From Candidatus Woesearchaeota archaeon (lineage in GTDB: Archaea; Nanobdellota; Nanobdellia; Woesearchaeales; 0-14-0-80-44-23), in NCBI GenBank assembly GCA_038874135.1, contig JAVZCZ010000001.1, positions 320,001 through 384,000 of the forward strand: a stretch of DNA of 64,000 nt, in the 5' to 3' direction. Both the position numbers and the translations under genes were made by a program. The notes under the pieces are model-generated. The model ran no database searches, had not been told where the DNA came from, and saw nothing but the letters and a program-made list of their open reading frames with translations. Shown one piece after another: positions 1 to 9,452 of this stretch. Every line of letters begins with the position of its first letter. Position 1 is the stretch's first letter.

Positions 1-48
1 TTACCTCCTGCGGGGTTGAGGTTGATATTATTGGTCTGACTTTTTGGC

Positions 49-567
49 TCATTCTTCCATCTTTTTTATCTTAACCTTGCTCGTTCTGAGCACTGCACCC
101 TTTAGGAGGTAGCCCTTCTGGAGCTCTTCAACAACTTTGTTGTCCTCCTCTTTGTTCTGGGTGCGCTCTACGATTAGGACTTCTTGAGTGTAAGGGTCAA
201 ACTTCTTGTTTAGGCAGTCTACTCTTTGAAGGCCCTCTTCTTCCAGCACCGAGTAGAGCTGTGCGTATATTAGCTCTACGCCTTTTAGGAGCTTTTCCCT
301 GTCGCTTCCATTTTTGATTGCAAGCTCCATGCTGTCCAGCACTGGAAGCAGCTTCTTGATTAAAGCGCTGTTGCTCATTGCTTGCAGCTCTGCATTGCGC
401 TTCTCAACCATCTTTCTATAATTTTCAAATTCGGCCTGAATTCGCTTGGCAGTCTCTGTTAGTTCCTGTATTCTGGCTTCTTTCTCTTGAAGCTGCGTTT
501 TTAGGGAGTTAAAGTCTTCCTGCTGTTGTGTCTGTTCAATATGCTCTTTCTCTTCTTTCTTGTTCAT
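49..567 (-). CDS. grpE: Nucleotide exchange factor GrpE
   Basis: Motifs AEFENYRK, LLPVLD, FDP, VEELQKGYLLKGAVLR; GGAGG SD upstream. Confidence 0.95.
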   Translation of the reverse strand: MNKKEEKEHIEQTQQQEDFNSLKTQLQEKEARIQELTETAKRIQAEFENYRKMVEKRNAELQAMSNSALIKKLLPVLDSMELAIKNGSDREKLLKGVELIYAQLYSVLEEEGLQRVDCLNKKFDPYTQEVLIVERTQNKEEDNKVVEELQKGYLLKGAVLRTSKVKIKKMEE

Positions 568-615
568 GCTTTCCCTCCAAAAAAATCTTAAATTAAAAAA
601 TTAAAAATAGTTGAA

Positions 616-1092
616 TTACTTGATGGCAATTTTCTTCTTTTCTGAAAGTTCTGGGTGCGCTTTCGGAATCTCTACTTCCAGGACGCCGTTCTCAAACTTC
701 GCGTCTGCCTTGTCAGGAATTACCTCTTTAGGCAGAGGTATGTGTCTGTAGAAGCTCTGGCTCCTGGACTCGTAAAGATAAGTGCCCTTTCGCTCTTCTT
801 TCTTTTCCACCTTCTTCTCAACTTTTACTTCAATGTCCTTTGGGCCTACATTAAGTTGGATGTCTTCCTTTTTTACTCCAGGAAGCTCAAACCTTACATT
901 AACTGACTTGTCTGTTTCAGTAATGTCTGTAGTAGGCCTTCTGAAGAAGGTGGCTAGCTCATTTCCGTTGCTCTTTCCAGCAGGCAGAGCTTTGGGACCT
1001 TCTAGCTGGTAGAGCCTGTTGAAGAGTCTGTCAAACTCCTTTTGCATTTGATAAATCTCTTCAAAGAGGTCGTCAAAATACATAGGCACCAC
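616..1092 (-). CDS. hsp20: Small heat shock protein (Hsp20/alpha-crystallin)
   Basis: ELPGVKKEDI, FYRHIPLP, AKFENGVLEVEIPK; the GGAGGTG SD suggests the real start is ATG 1083. Confidence 0.95.
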   Translation of the reverse strand: MVPMYFDDLFEEIYQMQKEFDRLFNRLYQLEGPKALPAGKSNGNELATFFRRPTTDITETDKSVNVRFELPGVKKEDIQLNVGPKDIEVKVEKKVEKKEERKGTYLYESRSQSFYRHIPLPKEVIPDKADAKFENGVLEVEIPKAHPELSEKKKIAIK

Positions 1093-1337
1093 CTCCTATT
1101 TGTTTATTTAAAATCAACAAAAATATATTTAAATGAACTAATATATAAATATTTTTATTCTTAAAAATAATTTTTTTAATATATATTTAATAAATCAATA
1201 GTTTTGTATGTTCTGTTAAATTTAAAAAATATTTAAATTAAAAATCCGAAAATTCAAAAAAATTTAGTTTAACCAACAGGCTTAAGAGTACATGAACAGA
1301 ACATTTTATAAATTACCAGAAATTCCAGATTGGCAGA

Positions 1338-2738
1338 ATGCTGCGATTTTACAACGACCTGACAAAAAGAAAAGAAGAATTTGTTCCAATACATCCGGGA
1401 CAGGTAGGAATATATTCCTGCGGGCCTACTGTTTATAATTACGCCCACATTGGAAACCTTAGAAGCTTCGTCTTTGTAGATCTTCTAAAAAGGTTTCTAA
1501 AGTATGAAGGCTACTCTGTTAAGCATGTGATGAACATAACTGATGTGGATGATAAGACCATAAAGGGCTCTCAGCAGGAGGGTGTGCCCCTCAGAGAGTT
1601 CACTCTTAAGTATGAGAAGGCATTCCTTGAAGACTTAAAAGCGTTAAACATTCAAATTCCAGATGTGATGCCGAGAGCCACTGAACACATAAAAGAGATG
1701 ACTGAACTTATAAGAAAGCTCTATAAGAACGGCTACGCTTACAGGGCAGAGGATGGCTCAACATATTACTCAATTGCAAAGTTCAAAGATTATGGAAAGC
1801 TTTCAGGAATAAAAAAGGAAGAGCTAAAAATAGGCGCCAGGGTTAGGAGTGATGAGTACGCTAAGGAGCAGGCAGAAGACTTCGCACTCTGGAAGGCATG
1901 GACTCCTGAAGACGGAAGCGTATTCTGGGAAACAGAATATGGCAGGGGAAGGCCTGGCTGGCATATTGAGTGCTCTGCAATGTCTTCAAAGTACCTTGGA
2001 GAAACATTTGACATACACACTGGCGGCATAGACCTGATATTTCCGCATCATGAGAACGAGATTGCCCAGTCAGAAGGTGCAAATGGAAAGAAGTTTGTTA
2101 ACTATTGGCTGCACTGCGAGCACCTGATAGTTGATGGGAGAAAGATGTCAAAGTCTCTGGGCAATGTGTACACTTTAAGAGACATAACTGCCATGGGCTA
2201 CAGCCCGATTGCCTTGAGATATTTGCTATTATCCACACACTATAGAAGTCAGCTGAACTTCACCTTTGATGGGCTAAAAGCAGCCTCAGAAGCTGTTGAA
2301 CGCCTTAACAACCTGCTTTGGAATCTAAAACAAGTGCCCATAAATAGGGCTGGCTCTGAGTATGGCTCAATCTCAGAACTTCTTAAGAATGCCGAAACGA
2401 GTTTCAGAAACGCATTAGAAGACGATCTCAACATCTCAGAAGCGTTGGATGATATATTCAATCTCGTAAGAGAATTAAATAAGAGGATTGGAAGCATCTC
2501 AAAAAATGAGGCAGAAGAAGCAATCCAACTCTTTAAGAGAATAGACTCAGTGCTGGGTGTTATGACCTGGAACTGGGAAGAAACACTTCCCGAAGAGATT
2601 CAAAAATTGATAGTAGAGAGAGAAGACGCCAGAAGAAAAAGGGATTACAAAAAAGCTGATGAGATAAGAGCTGAAATTGAAAAGAGGGGAATAATACTCA
2701 TAGACACGAAAGATGGCGTCAAATGGAAGAGAAAGTGA
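1338..2738 (+). CDS. cysS: Cysteinyl-tRNA synthetase
   Basis: [40 protein letters not shown]. Confidence 0.98.
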   Translation: MLRFYNDLTKRKEEFVPIHPGQVGIYSCGPTVYNYAHIGNLRSFVFVDLLKRFLKYEGYSVKHVMNITDVDDKTIKGSQQEGVPLREFTLKYEKAFLEDLKALNIQIPDVMPRATEHIKEMTELIRKLYKNGYAYRAEDGSTYYSIAKFKDYGKLSGIKKEELKIGARVRSDEYAKEQAEDFALWKAWTPEDGSVFWETEYGRGRPGWHIECSAMSSKYLGETFDIHTGGIDLIFPHHENEIAQSEGANGKKFVNYWLHCEHLIVDGRKMSKSLGNVYTLRDITAMGYSPIALRYLLLSTHYRSQLNFTFDGLKAASEAVERLNNLLWNLKQVPINRAGSEYGSISELLKNAETSFRNALEDDLNISEALDDIFNLVRELNKRIGSISKNEAEEAIQLFKRIDSVLGVMTWNWEETLPEEIQKLIVEREDARRKRDYKKADEIRAEIEKRGIILIDTKDGVKWKRK

Positions 2739-2748
2739 ACTAGTTTAA

Positions 2749-3231
2749 CTACTTCCAATTCTTATGATAATGATGCTGCTGCATCTCATTATTATTTTGC
2801 TGCTGAACTAACTTTGGTTGGGCGTGCGGAAGCTTGGGAACAAGTAGGGCAAAAGCAGTCAGAAATACGCTTATCAAATACCAACCTAGAGCAATGCTCA
2901 TTCCTATTGCTGTTGAGTACCAGATGCTTGCAGCAGTTGTAAGATTTGTGACGCGGCCGCCCTTGGATTTCATTATCATACCTGCACCCAGGAAGCCTAC
3001 TCCTACTATGATGTTTGAAGCAATCCTCATAGTATTGTTAGGCTCAACAAGTATTGAAATGTAAGTAAAAGTCATAGCGGCAACTATAACTAATGACTGA
3101 GTAGCAACTCCAGCGTCCTTGCCGCGTGACTCTCGCTCTCTGCCTATTAGAAATCCTGCAACTCCTGAAATCAGAAGGTTCAAGAGAAAAACCAGTTCTC
3201 TACTGCCAAAAGGCACTGACACCATTTTCAA
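2749..3231 (-). CDS. MgtC/SapB family membrane protein
   Basis: IGRERE..GKDAG, RIASNIIVGVGFLGAG, LTTAASIW. Confidence 0.9.
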   Translation of the reverse strand: MKMVSVPFGSRELVFLLNLLISGVAGFLIGRERESRGKDAGVATQSLVIVAAMTFTYISILVEPNNTMRIASNIIVGVGFLGAGMIMKSKGGRVTNLTTAASIWYSTAIGMSIALGWYLISVFLTAFALLVPKLPHAQPKLVQQQNNNEMQQHHYHKNWK

Positions 3232-3860
3232 ATCTTCCTCTTAGCCTTTAAGATTAGGATTGATGCAGCAAGCACCAACGCAAGCACAATTATTATTACT
3301 AAGGCTGGCCAAAGCTTACTCTTTTTATTCGTTGTTGCATCTTTGTTCATCTTTGACTCTGCACTGGAATTCTCAACAGAAACTTTCACTTCTTGGCTAA
3401 CATTTTTTTCAGGCGCTGGCGGTTTGGCTTCCTGTTGAGAAGGCTGTTCCTGCTGAGTGGTTGTCTCATTAATCTTGATTGAGATTGGTGTAGCATAAAC
3501 AGTTGCGCCCGTAGTGTAAACTGTTTTTACGAAGATGTCCAGGTCAAGTATTCCGTCAGAGTTGCTGTCAAAGTAGTGAGATGTGCCTTCTGATATGGCT
3601 ACTAACTCTTTGTTCGGAGTTAAGAAGACCACTTCCTTCCCGGAAAAGTGGTCCAGAACATAAAGATAACCTGCATCAGTTGGCTTAAATTGAAATTTTA
3701 TTATGTCTCCCTTAGCCAGTGTTATTGTGGTATTTAGAAATATTATCTCATTCTGCCCATCCACAACTCGGCCGCTGTAAGCCTTCCTTAAAAGGTATGT
3801 GTTGGCGCTTACAAAGGGTATGAGCAGTAAAAAAAACAGCAAAAAGTATACTCTTCTCAT
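3228..3860 (-). CDS. Hypothetical surface protein with signal peptide and C-terminal membrane anchor
   Basis: Hydrophobic N-terminus ending VSA, Q/P/S/T-rich linker, C-terminal TM followed by KAKRKI. Confidence 0.75.
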   Translation of the reverse strand: MRRVYFLLFFLLLIPFVSANTYLLRKAYSGRVVDGQNEIIFLNTTITLAKGDIIKFQFKPTDAGYLYVLDHFSGKEVVFLTPNKELVAISEGTSHYFDSNSDGILDLDIFVKTVYTTGATVYATPISIKINETTTQQEQPSQQEAKPPAPEKNVSQEVKVSVENSSAESKMNKDATTNKKSKLWPALVIIIVLALVLAASILILKAKRKI

Positions 3861-3894
3861 TTAAACACCTCAAAAAAAGTTTAATACCTAAAAA

Positions 3895-5169
3895 TTAATA
3901 AAATTTTCTATTTGGATCTGCTCTGCTTTTTCTTTGAAGCTCTCTTTCTGTAATCCTGTTTTCAAATCCTTCCCGCTGCTGAGTTTTTCCAGTAAACTTT
4001 CGCTTATTAAAAGATTTGTCAAATGGTTCACGCTTTCTCATGTTGTCTCTTATAAATGGAAGCCGTTTCACAGTAGGGGTGTGCTGCTCTTCAATCTTTA
4101 ATTCCCTATCTGAGAGTACGTTATTAAAATTTTCATAGTCCCTCTCAGAAAGCAGAGTTATTGCCTCGCCACTCTTTCCAGCTCTAGCTGTCCTTCCGAT
4201 GCGGTGCACATACTCTTCAGATGTTTTTGGTACATCATAATTGTATACATGCTTTACTGCTGGAATGTCCAAGCCCCTTGCTGCAACGTCTGTAGCTATT
4301 AAGGCTTGTATTCTGCCCTCTTTTAAAGAGGTCAAGGCTCTTATCCTCTGTGCTTGGGAGAGCCCGCCGTGTATTGCCTCTGCCCTTACGCCCTGCCGTC
4401 TAAGGTTTCGTGAAAGTATATCAACCTCGTTTCTCGTAGCGCAGAATATCAGGCTTAGTCCGTCATTTTTAATCTTTAGCAGGTGTATCAAAAGTGAAAA
4501 CTTCTCTCTAGGACTCACCTGGTAGTATGTCTGTTTTAGCTTGTCTTTTGATACGTAGGATTCAGTTATTATCTTAACCGGATTTCTTGAGTACGACTCA
4601 GCCAGCTTGTCTACCTCTTCGGAGAGGGTGGCGCTGAACAGCAGGGTTTGCCTATGCTTAGGAACACGGCTGATTATTCTCTCAACCTGCTCCATGAAGC
4701 CCATCTCAGCCATCTTATCAACCTCATCAACTATCAGAACTTTGATTCTTGAAAAGTTTAGGGTTTTTCTATCACCGTGGTCTATAATCCTTCCAGGAGT
4801 GCCCACGACTATTTCACATCTTCTCAGCTCTTCTGCCTGAGGGTTTATGGAAACTCCTCCATAGATGCTAGCAGTTCTCAGCCCTAAAGCCATTCCGAAG
4901 TGTCTAAAAACTTCCGAAACTTGTATGCAGAGCTCCCTGGTTGGAGTTAAAACGAGGACTTGTATTCCCTCTCCCCTTTTCACCTTTTCTAAGGATGGTA
5001 TTGCAAATGCTGCTGTCTTTCCAGAACCAGTTTCCGACTGGGCAACTAGGTCAATTCCCTCTTTTATTATAGGGATGCACTTCTGCTGGATTGCTGTTGG
5101 CTCAGTGTATCCAGCATTCTTCACCTGCTGTAATATGAGCGGATGTAGGTTTAGTTCTTCAAATTTCAT
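3895..5169 (-). CDS. DEAD-box RNA helicase (DeaD/CshA-like)
   Basis: Q motif PTAIQ, SETGSGKT, PTREL, TPGR, DEVD, SAT, ARGLD, HRIGRTAR; start taken at ATG 5169 (MKFEEL) after SD-like GGAAGTGA. Confidence 0.95.
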   Translation of the reverse strand: MKFEELNLHPLILQQVKNAGYTEPTAIQQKCIPIIKEGIDLVAQSETGSGKTAAFAIPSLEKVKRGEGIQVLVLTPTRELCIQVSEVFRHFGMALGLRTASIYGGVSINPQAEELRRCEIVVGTPGRIIDHGDRKTLNFSRIKVLIVDEVDKMAEMGFMEQVERIISRVPKHRQTLLFSATLSEEVDKLAESYSRNPVKIITESYVSKDKLKQTYYQVSPREKFSLLIHLLKIKNDGLSLIFCATRNEVDILSRNLRRQGVRAEAIHGGLSQAQRIRALTSLKEGRIQALIATDVAARGLDIPAVKHVYNYDVPKTSEEYVHRIGRTARAGKSGEAITLLSERDYENFNNVLSDRELKIEEQHTPTVKRLPFIRDNMRKREPFDKSFNKRKFTGKTQQREGFENRITERELQRKSRADPNRKFY

Positions 5170-5196
5170 AAGGTTCACTTCCAATAATTAAATTTT

Positions 5197-5276
5197 GGAC
5201 AGAGGAGATGCCCTGCGCATTCCAACTGTAAATTCCCCCACAGGACACGCCTAATGTGAGAATTCGCTTTCCGTCC
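5197..5276 (-). ncRNA. Candidate structured 5' leader RNA of the DEAD-box helicase gene
   Basis: GC-rich intergenic block; closing stem GGACGGA/UCUGUCC encloses two hairpins; begins ~25 nt downstream of TATA-like TTTAAATA (5308-5301). Manual folding only. Confidence 0.5.
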
Positions 5277-5309
5277 TAAATGCAAGGAAACCTAAAAGAG
5301 TATTTAAAT

Positions 5310-6089
5310 CTACTGCTTATCTAAGAATTCTTTAAGCTTATCATAAAAGACATCCCGCTCAAAATCCAGATAGGGTAGATGTCCTGAGTTGTTAAGGGTG
5401 AATATTTCGCTGTTAGGCGCAACTGAAGCAAGCATCTTAACTCCAGAATAAGGTGCTCTTATGTCATTTTTTGAATGGAAGATAAGCATAGGAACTGTCG
5501 TATTAAGTCTTACAGTGTCCCTATACCTTTTTTGGTCTCTCAGAAAGTTTGTTGGGTATTTATGAAATCTGGGAACTCTGGAGAGCTGACTCTTATCCTT
5601 CAGCAGTCCGATGTCAAATCTTGGAAGATAAGGGAGAATTAGCCAGGTTATCAGCTCATATTTAGCGTTCAGGGGAGGATTAATTAAAACCAAAGGAAGC
5701 TTCAGCTCGTCAGCAAGTTTTAGGGCGATTAAAGAGCTTGAGCACTCTGCTACAATTATTGTCTTCTCAGAAGAGCTATTAATTATTGTGCGGACCTGTT
5801 CTTCTAATTCCTGTATGCTTGTCCTTCTAAGTTGCGAAAGTGTTTCCCCGTGATTTTTGAAGAGGGGCACCACTACTGAGTAGCCGTCGTTGTTAAGTTT
5901 TTTAGCGAGCTCTTCAAAGGGCAGAGGAGTGCCGGTCATTCCGGGAAGTATTATCACTCTTTTAGAATTGTTTCCCTTAAGAACTATGTCTGAATAGTTT
6001 CCCTTAAGATGTTCATCTGAGAAGAGGAATATAACTAAAATGATAAGGCATAATAAGCATGCTGAAATTAAGAGTGTTCCCATCTTCAT
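5310..6089 (-). CDS. Membrane-anchored alpha/beta hydrolase (carboxylesterase-like)
   Basis: N-terminal TM, IILPGMTG, HG, acid motif HSKND, NSGHL; atypical nucleophile elbow AECSS. Confidence 0.8.
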   Translation of the reverse strand: MKMGTLLISACLLCLIILVIFLFSDEHLKGNYSDIVLKGNNSKRVIILPGMTGTPLPFEELAKKLNNDGYSVVVPLFKNHGETLSQLRRTSIQELEEQVRTIINSSSEKTIIVAECSSSLIALKLADELKLPLVLINPPLNAKYELITWLILPYLPRFDIGLLKDKSQLSRVPRFHKYPTNFLRDQKRYRDTVRLNTTVPMLIFHSKNDIRAPYSGVKMLASVAPNSEIFTLNNSGHLPYLDFERDVFYDKLKEFLDKQ

Positions 6090-8548
6090 TTTTCTATTTT
6101 TATCTTTACTGCGAGGTTCTGATTCAGCTCACCGTCGTTCGCTGAGAAGTATATACTTTTTACCTTTCCGCCAGCCATTACATGCTTAGCAATTTTTTGA
6201 ATCTTTTTCTGCATCTGTTCATCACATTCTATTATCATCCTGGAAAGTTCTGTTTTTAGAGGCAGCTGACGGCTTGTTTTGAACTTTCTAGTTTCAGAGA
6301 TGAGTTCTATAGCTATTCCACCAAGTTCTTCGGCTTCCGGATTTATTAGCTCTTCACGAAGTTTTGGCCATCCTGACTCGTGGATGCTTCTCTTTCCCTC
6401 AGTGTTGGCGTACATCCTGCTGAATATCTCTTCTGTTATGTGCGGGATTATGGGAGCAAATATTTTCAAGAGTGTCAAGTGTGAGGTGTAGAGCGTGTAT
6501 CTTGCAGAGTTGACTTCCTCTTCACTATAGTTTGCCGAGTTGTAAAGCCTGTCTTTTATGAGTTCAAGATATTCATCGCAGAATTCGTGCCAGAAGAACG
6601 CTGCAGCTTCAAGGCGAACCTGCACGAAGTCATAGTTTTCGTATGCTTCAGTACATCGCTTGACCAGCTGGTTAAGTTTAGAGAGCATCCAAGCGTCAAG
6701 CTCATCATACCTTTCAGGCTCTTTTGGAGCGTAGCCTCTGAGGTTTTGAGCGCAGAACTTGGAAGCGTTCCATAGTTTTGTCATAAGCTTTGAGGCAACT
6801 ATGAACTCCTTTTCTGAGAAGCTTATGTCATCACCTAGTTTTGCGCTGGCAGCCCAGAATCTTAATGCGTCGGCAGAGTATTTGGAAATCATCTCAAGCG
6901 GGTCTATTCCATTGCCCTTGCTCTTGCTCATCTTTCTTCCGTGAGCATCAAGGGCCCAGCCGTTTATCATTATGTCCTTCCAAGGCACCTGGTTGGTGTG
7001 CAGAGTCCCTTTAACTATGGTGGTGAAAGCCCAGAAGTTTATTATGTCGTGCCCCTGAGGCCTTAAGCTCATCGGATACATTTTATTGAAGAATTGCCTG
7101 TCAGTGTCCCAGTTTAGAGCTATTTCTGGGGTTAAAGAGCTTGTTGCCCAGGTGTCCAAAACATCCTTTTCAGGTATGAACTCTTTTGAACCGCACTTTG
7201 GACAGGGCTTTTCGGGACTTGATTCTGTAGGATCAACCGGAAGCTTATCCTCTTCAGCAATTATTATCTCTCCACAATTTTTGCAGTACCATACGGGGAA
7301 TGGAACTCCGAAGAAGCGCTGTCTTGAAATACACCAGTCCCACTGAAGCCCCTTTACCCAGTTGTCATAGGTATTCCTCATGTATTCAGGATGCCACCTT
7401 ATCTTTCTTGCAGCTTCTAACAGGCTATCTTTCAGGTCAAGATACCTTATAAACCATTGGGGCGTTACTAAGAATTCTATCTCAGTACCGCACCTCTCGT
7501 GAACATTCACAGTGTGGGTTATGCTGGTTTGAGAAACGAGCAGCCCGTTGCTGGCTAAGTCCTCAATTATTTTCCTGCGCGCCTCTTTTATCGGCAGCCC
7601 CTTATAAACTCCAGCTATATCACTCATCACTCCTTCTGAAGTTATCGCCATCTTAAGCGGAAGTTCATACTTCTTCCACCATTCTATGTCTGTCTGGTCT
7701 CCGAATGTGCAGCACATAACTACGCCTGTGCCCTTCTCAGGGTCCGCCTTTTCATCTCCAAGAATTGGAACATAATAACCGAATAGGGGAACCTTGGCTT
7801 TCTTTCCAATTAGGTGAGAGTGCCTCGCATCTTCAGGATTCACAAAAACAGCCACGCAGGCTGGAAGCAGCTCGGGCCTTGTTGTTGCAATGTGTATCTT
7901 TTCTCCACTTTCCAATTCAAACAGGATCTCGTTGAACTGTGAATGCACTTCCTTGTCATTAAGCTCTGCCTGCGCTATTGCGGTCCTGCACTCTGGGCAC
8001 CAGAGGGTTGGTGAATTTTTTCTGTATTCGCGGCCCATCTTGTAGAGCTCTATGAATGAAAGCTGACTAACCCTCTGGCAGTGCTTGTCTATTGTTCTAT
8101 ATGTTAGACGCCAATCACAGGCAAGCCCTAAAGAGCGCCAGGACTGCCTGAGAACTTTTTCAACTTCTTCTGTTTCTCTAAGGCAGAGCTGCACAAACTC
8201 TGAACGGGCCATCTCAACTGCCTTCTTCCCAGTTTTCTTTTCTACAAATCGCTCAGTAGCAAGGCCGTTGTCATCTAAGCCGAATGGGTAGAATAGGTTT
8301 TCTCCTTTTAGGAGGTGGTATCTGGCTATTATATCCATCTGGGAGTAGGAGAATGCGTGCCCCATGTGCATCTCGCCAGAGACTGTTGGGGGCGGAGTGT
8401 CTATTGAGAATACTGGCTTTGTTGATTCCGGGTCAAAGCCGCCTATGTGGGCTTCCTGCCAGTATTCCTGCCACTTTTTTTCCACTGAGTGCGGCTCGTA
8501 GAACTTATCAAAGCCGTCAGCAGGTCCCTCAATATTGGTCTCTGCCAT
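6086..8548 (-). CDS. valS: Valyl-tRNA synthetase (archaeal type)
   Basis: DTPPPTVSG, HMGH, WCISRQR, DTWATSS, KMSKSKGN; start moved to ATG 8548 (MAETN). Confidence 0.97.
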   Translation of the reverse strand: MAETNIEGPADGFDKFYEPHSVEKKWQEYWQEAHIGGFDPESTKPVFSIDTPPPTVSGEMHMGHAFSYSQMDIIARYHLLKGENLFYPFGLDDNGLATERFVEKKTGKKAVEMARSEFVQLCLRETEEVEKVLRQSWRSLGLACDWRLTYRTIDKHCQRVSQLSFIELYKMGREYRKNSPTLWCPECRTAIAQAELNDKEVHSQFNEILFELESGEKIHIATTRPELLPACVAVFVNPEDARHSHLIGKKAKVPLFGYYVPILGDEKADPEKGTGVVMCCTFGDQTDIEWWKKYELPLKMAITSEGVMSDIAGVYKGLPIKEARRKIIEDLASNGLLVSQTSITHTVNVHERCGTEIEFLVTPQWFIRYLDLKDSLLEAARKIRWHPEYMRNTYDNWVKGLQWDWCISRQRFFGVPFPVWYCKNCGEIIIAEEDKLPVDPTESSPEKPCPKCGSKEFIPEKDVLDTWATSSLTPEIALNWDTDRQFFNKMYPMSLRPQGHDIINFWAFTTIVKGTLHTNQVPWKDIMINGWALDAHGRKMSKSKGNGIDPLEMISKYSADALRFWAASAKLGDDISFSEKEFIVASKLMTKLWNASKFCAQNLRGYAPKEPERYDELDAWMLSKLNQLVKRCTEAYENYDFVQVRLEAAAFFWHEFCDEYLELIKDRLYNSANYSEEEVNSARYTLYTSHLTLLKIFAPIIPHITEEIFSRMYANTEGKRSIHESGWPKLREELINPEAEELGGIAIELISETRKFKTSRQLPLKTELSRMIIECDEQMQKKIQKIAKHVMAGGKVKSIYFSANDGELNQNLAVKIKIEK

Positions 8549-8642
8549 AGAATGTTTTAGGAGTAAATATTGGTTTATAAAACTTTTGTGTTGAAAGAAA
8601 TAAATAGAAAGTTTAATAATAATATAGACATTTTTAAGATTT

Positions 8643-9452
8643 GTGAAACGAAGAGTTGGGAATAAATTTTTTGATGACATAAGCGCAAAGTATGGCAGGC
8701 CAGATTACTATGACATTGAATATCATTTAAGGAACTCAACATTTAAAGAAATAAAAGAGCTCATTAGATATTATAGGATAAAAAATGTTTTGGAGGCTGG
8801 CTGCGGCAACGGAATTCTAACTGAACAAATTTCTAAGCTTAAATTTAAGATAACTGCTGTGGACTTCTCTATTGGTATGCTGAGAGAAGCTAAAAAGAGA
8901 GTTGGCAGTATATGCAGTGTAAGTTTCGTTAGGGCAAATTTAAAGAGGATTCCTTTTAAGAATGAGAGTTTTGATTTGGTTATACTCTCAAATGTGCTTA
9001 TAAATCAGAACGATGAAGATGCTAAAAAAATTATAAGAGAGTGCTGCAGGGTGTTAAAGCCGGGCGGATTTTTAGTACTAAACTTTGAAAAGAGAAGAAG
9101 TATCTGGTCATTATGCTTAGGATTGGGAAGGAGCGATAAGTTTTTTGCACGGGCATACAATTCTGGTTTTATAATGGGAATACTGAACGAAGAAAAACTT
9201 TCTGTTGCCAAGATTTTAGATGTGGGCTTTGAAAGGTATAAAAATGTTAAGGGGCTTGGACTAATAATGAGAAAGGAAGAAAAATTCAAAGAGAAGATTA
9301 AAAGAATTTTTTCAAGTCGGAAATCCTTCATCGGGACAGTAAAATATATAATGATAAGGCTATGCTTAAAGGTGAGCATATCTTTAAGAGAGAGTCCTGC
9401 AAGGATAATTGTTGCGAAGAAGCATGAAAGAAACAAACCTGCCCTGGAGTGA
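8643..9452 (+). CDS. Class I SAM-dependent methyltransferase
   Basis: VLEAGCGNG, AVDFS..ML, IPFKNESFDLV, RVLKPGG. Confidence 0.88.
   Translation: MKRRVGNKFFDDISAKYGRPDYYDIEYHLRNSTFKEIKELIRYYRIKNVLEAGCGNGILTEQISKLKFKITAVDFSIGMLREAKKRVGSICSVSFVRANLKRIPFKNESFDLVILSNVLINQNDEDAKKIIRECCRVLKPGGFLVLNFEKRRSIWSLCLGLGRSDKFFARAYNSGFIMGILNEEKLSVAKILDVGFERYKNVKGLGLIMRKEEKFKEKIKRIFSSRKSFIGTVKYIMIRLCLKVSISLRESPARIIVAKKHERNKPALE

Noticed and set aside
1-52. ORF starting at 52 on the minus strand (MSQKVRPII...) or start of dnaK
   Set aside because: Too short to call. GGAGGT near the edge looks like an SD for a gene starting outside the window; dnaK is plausible from context but not visible.
1093-1337. Very AT-rich intergenic region with a 10-bp inverted repeat (1208-1217 / 1295-1304) as replication origin or heat-shock operator
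   Set aside because: No cdc6/orc1 gene or ORB-like G-string motifs. It is adequately explained as divergent hsp20/cysS promoters, and the repeat could be chance in AT-rich DNA.
8549-8680. N-terminal extensions in the ORF track (valS to 8680; similarly 12803, 14938, 44397, 51982, 55954, 57993)
   Set aside because: The extensions run through promoter-like AT tracts or overlap neighbouring genes; downstream ATGs fit SD position or family N-termini better.
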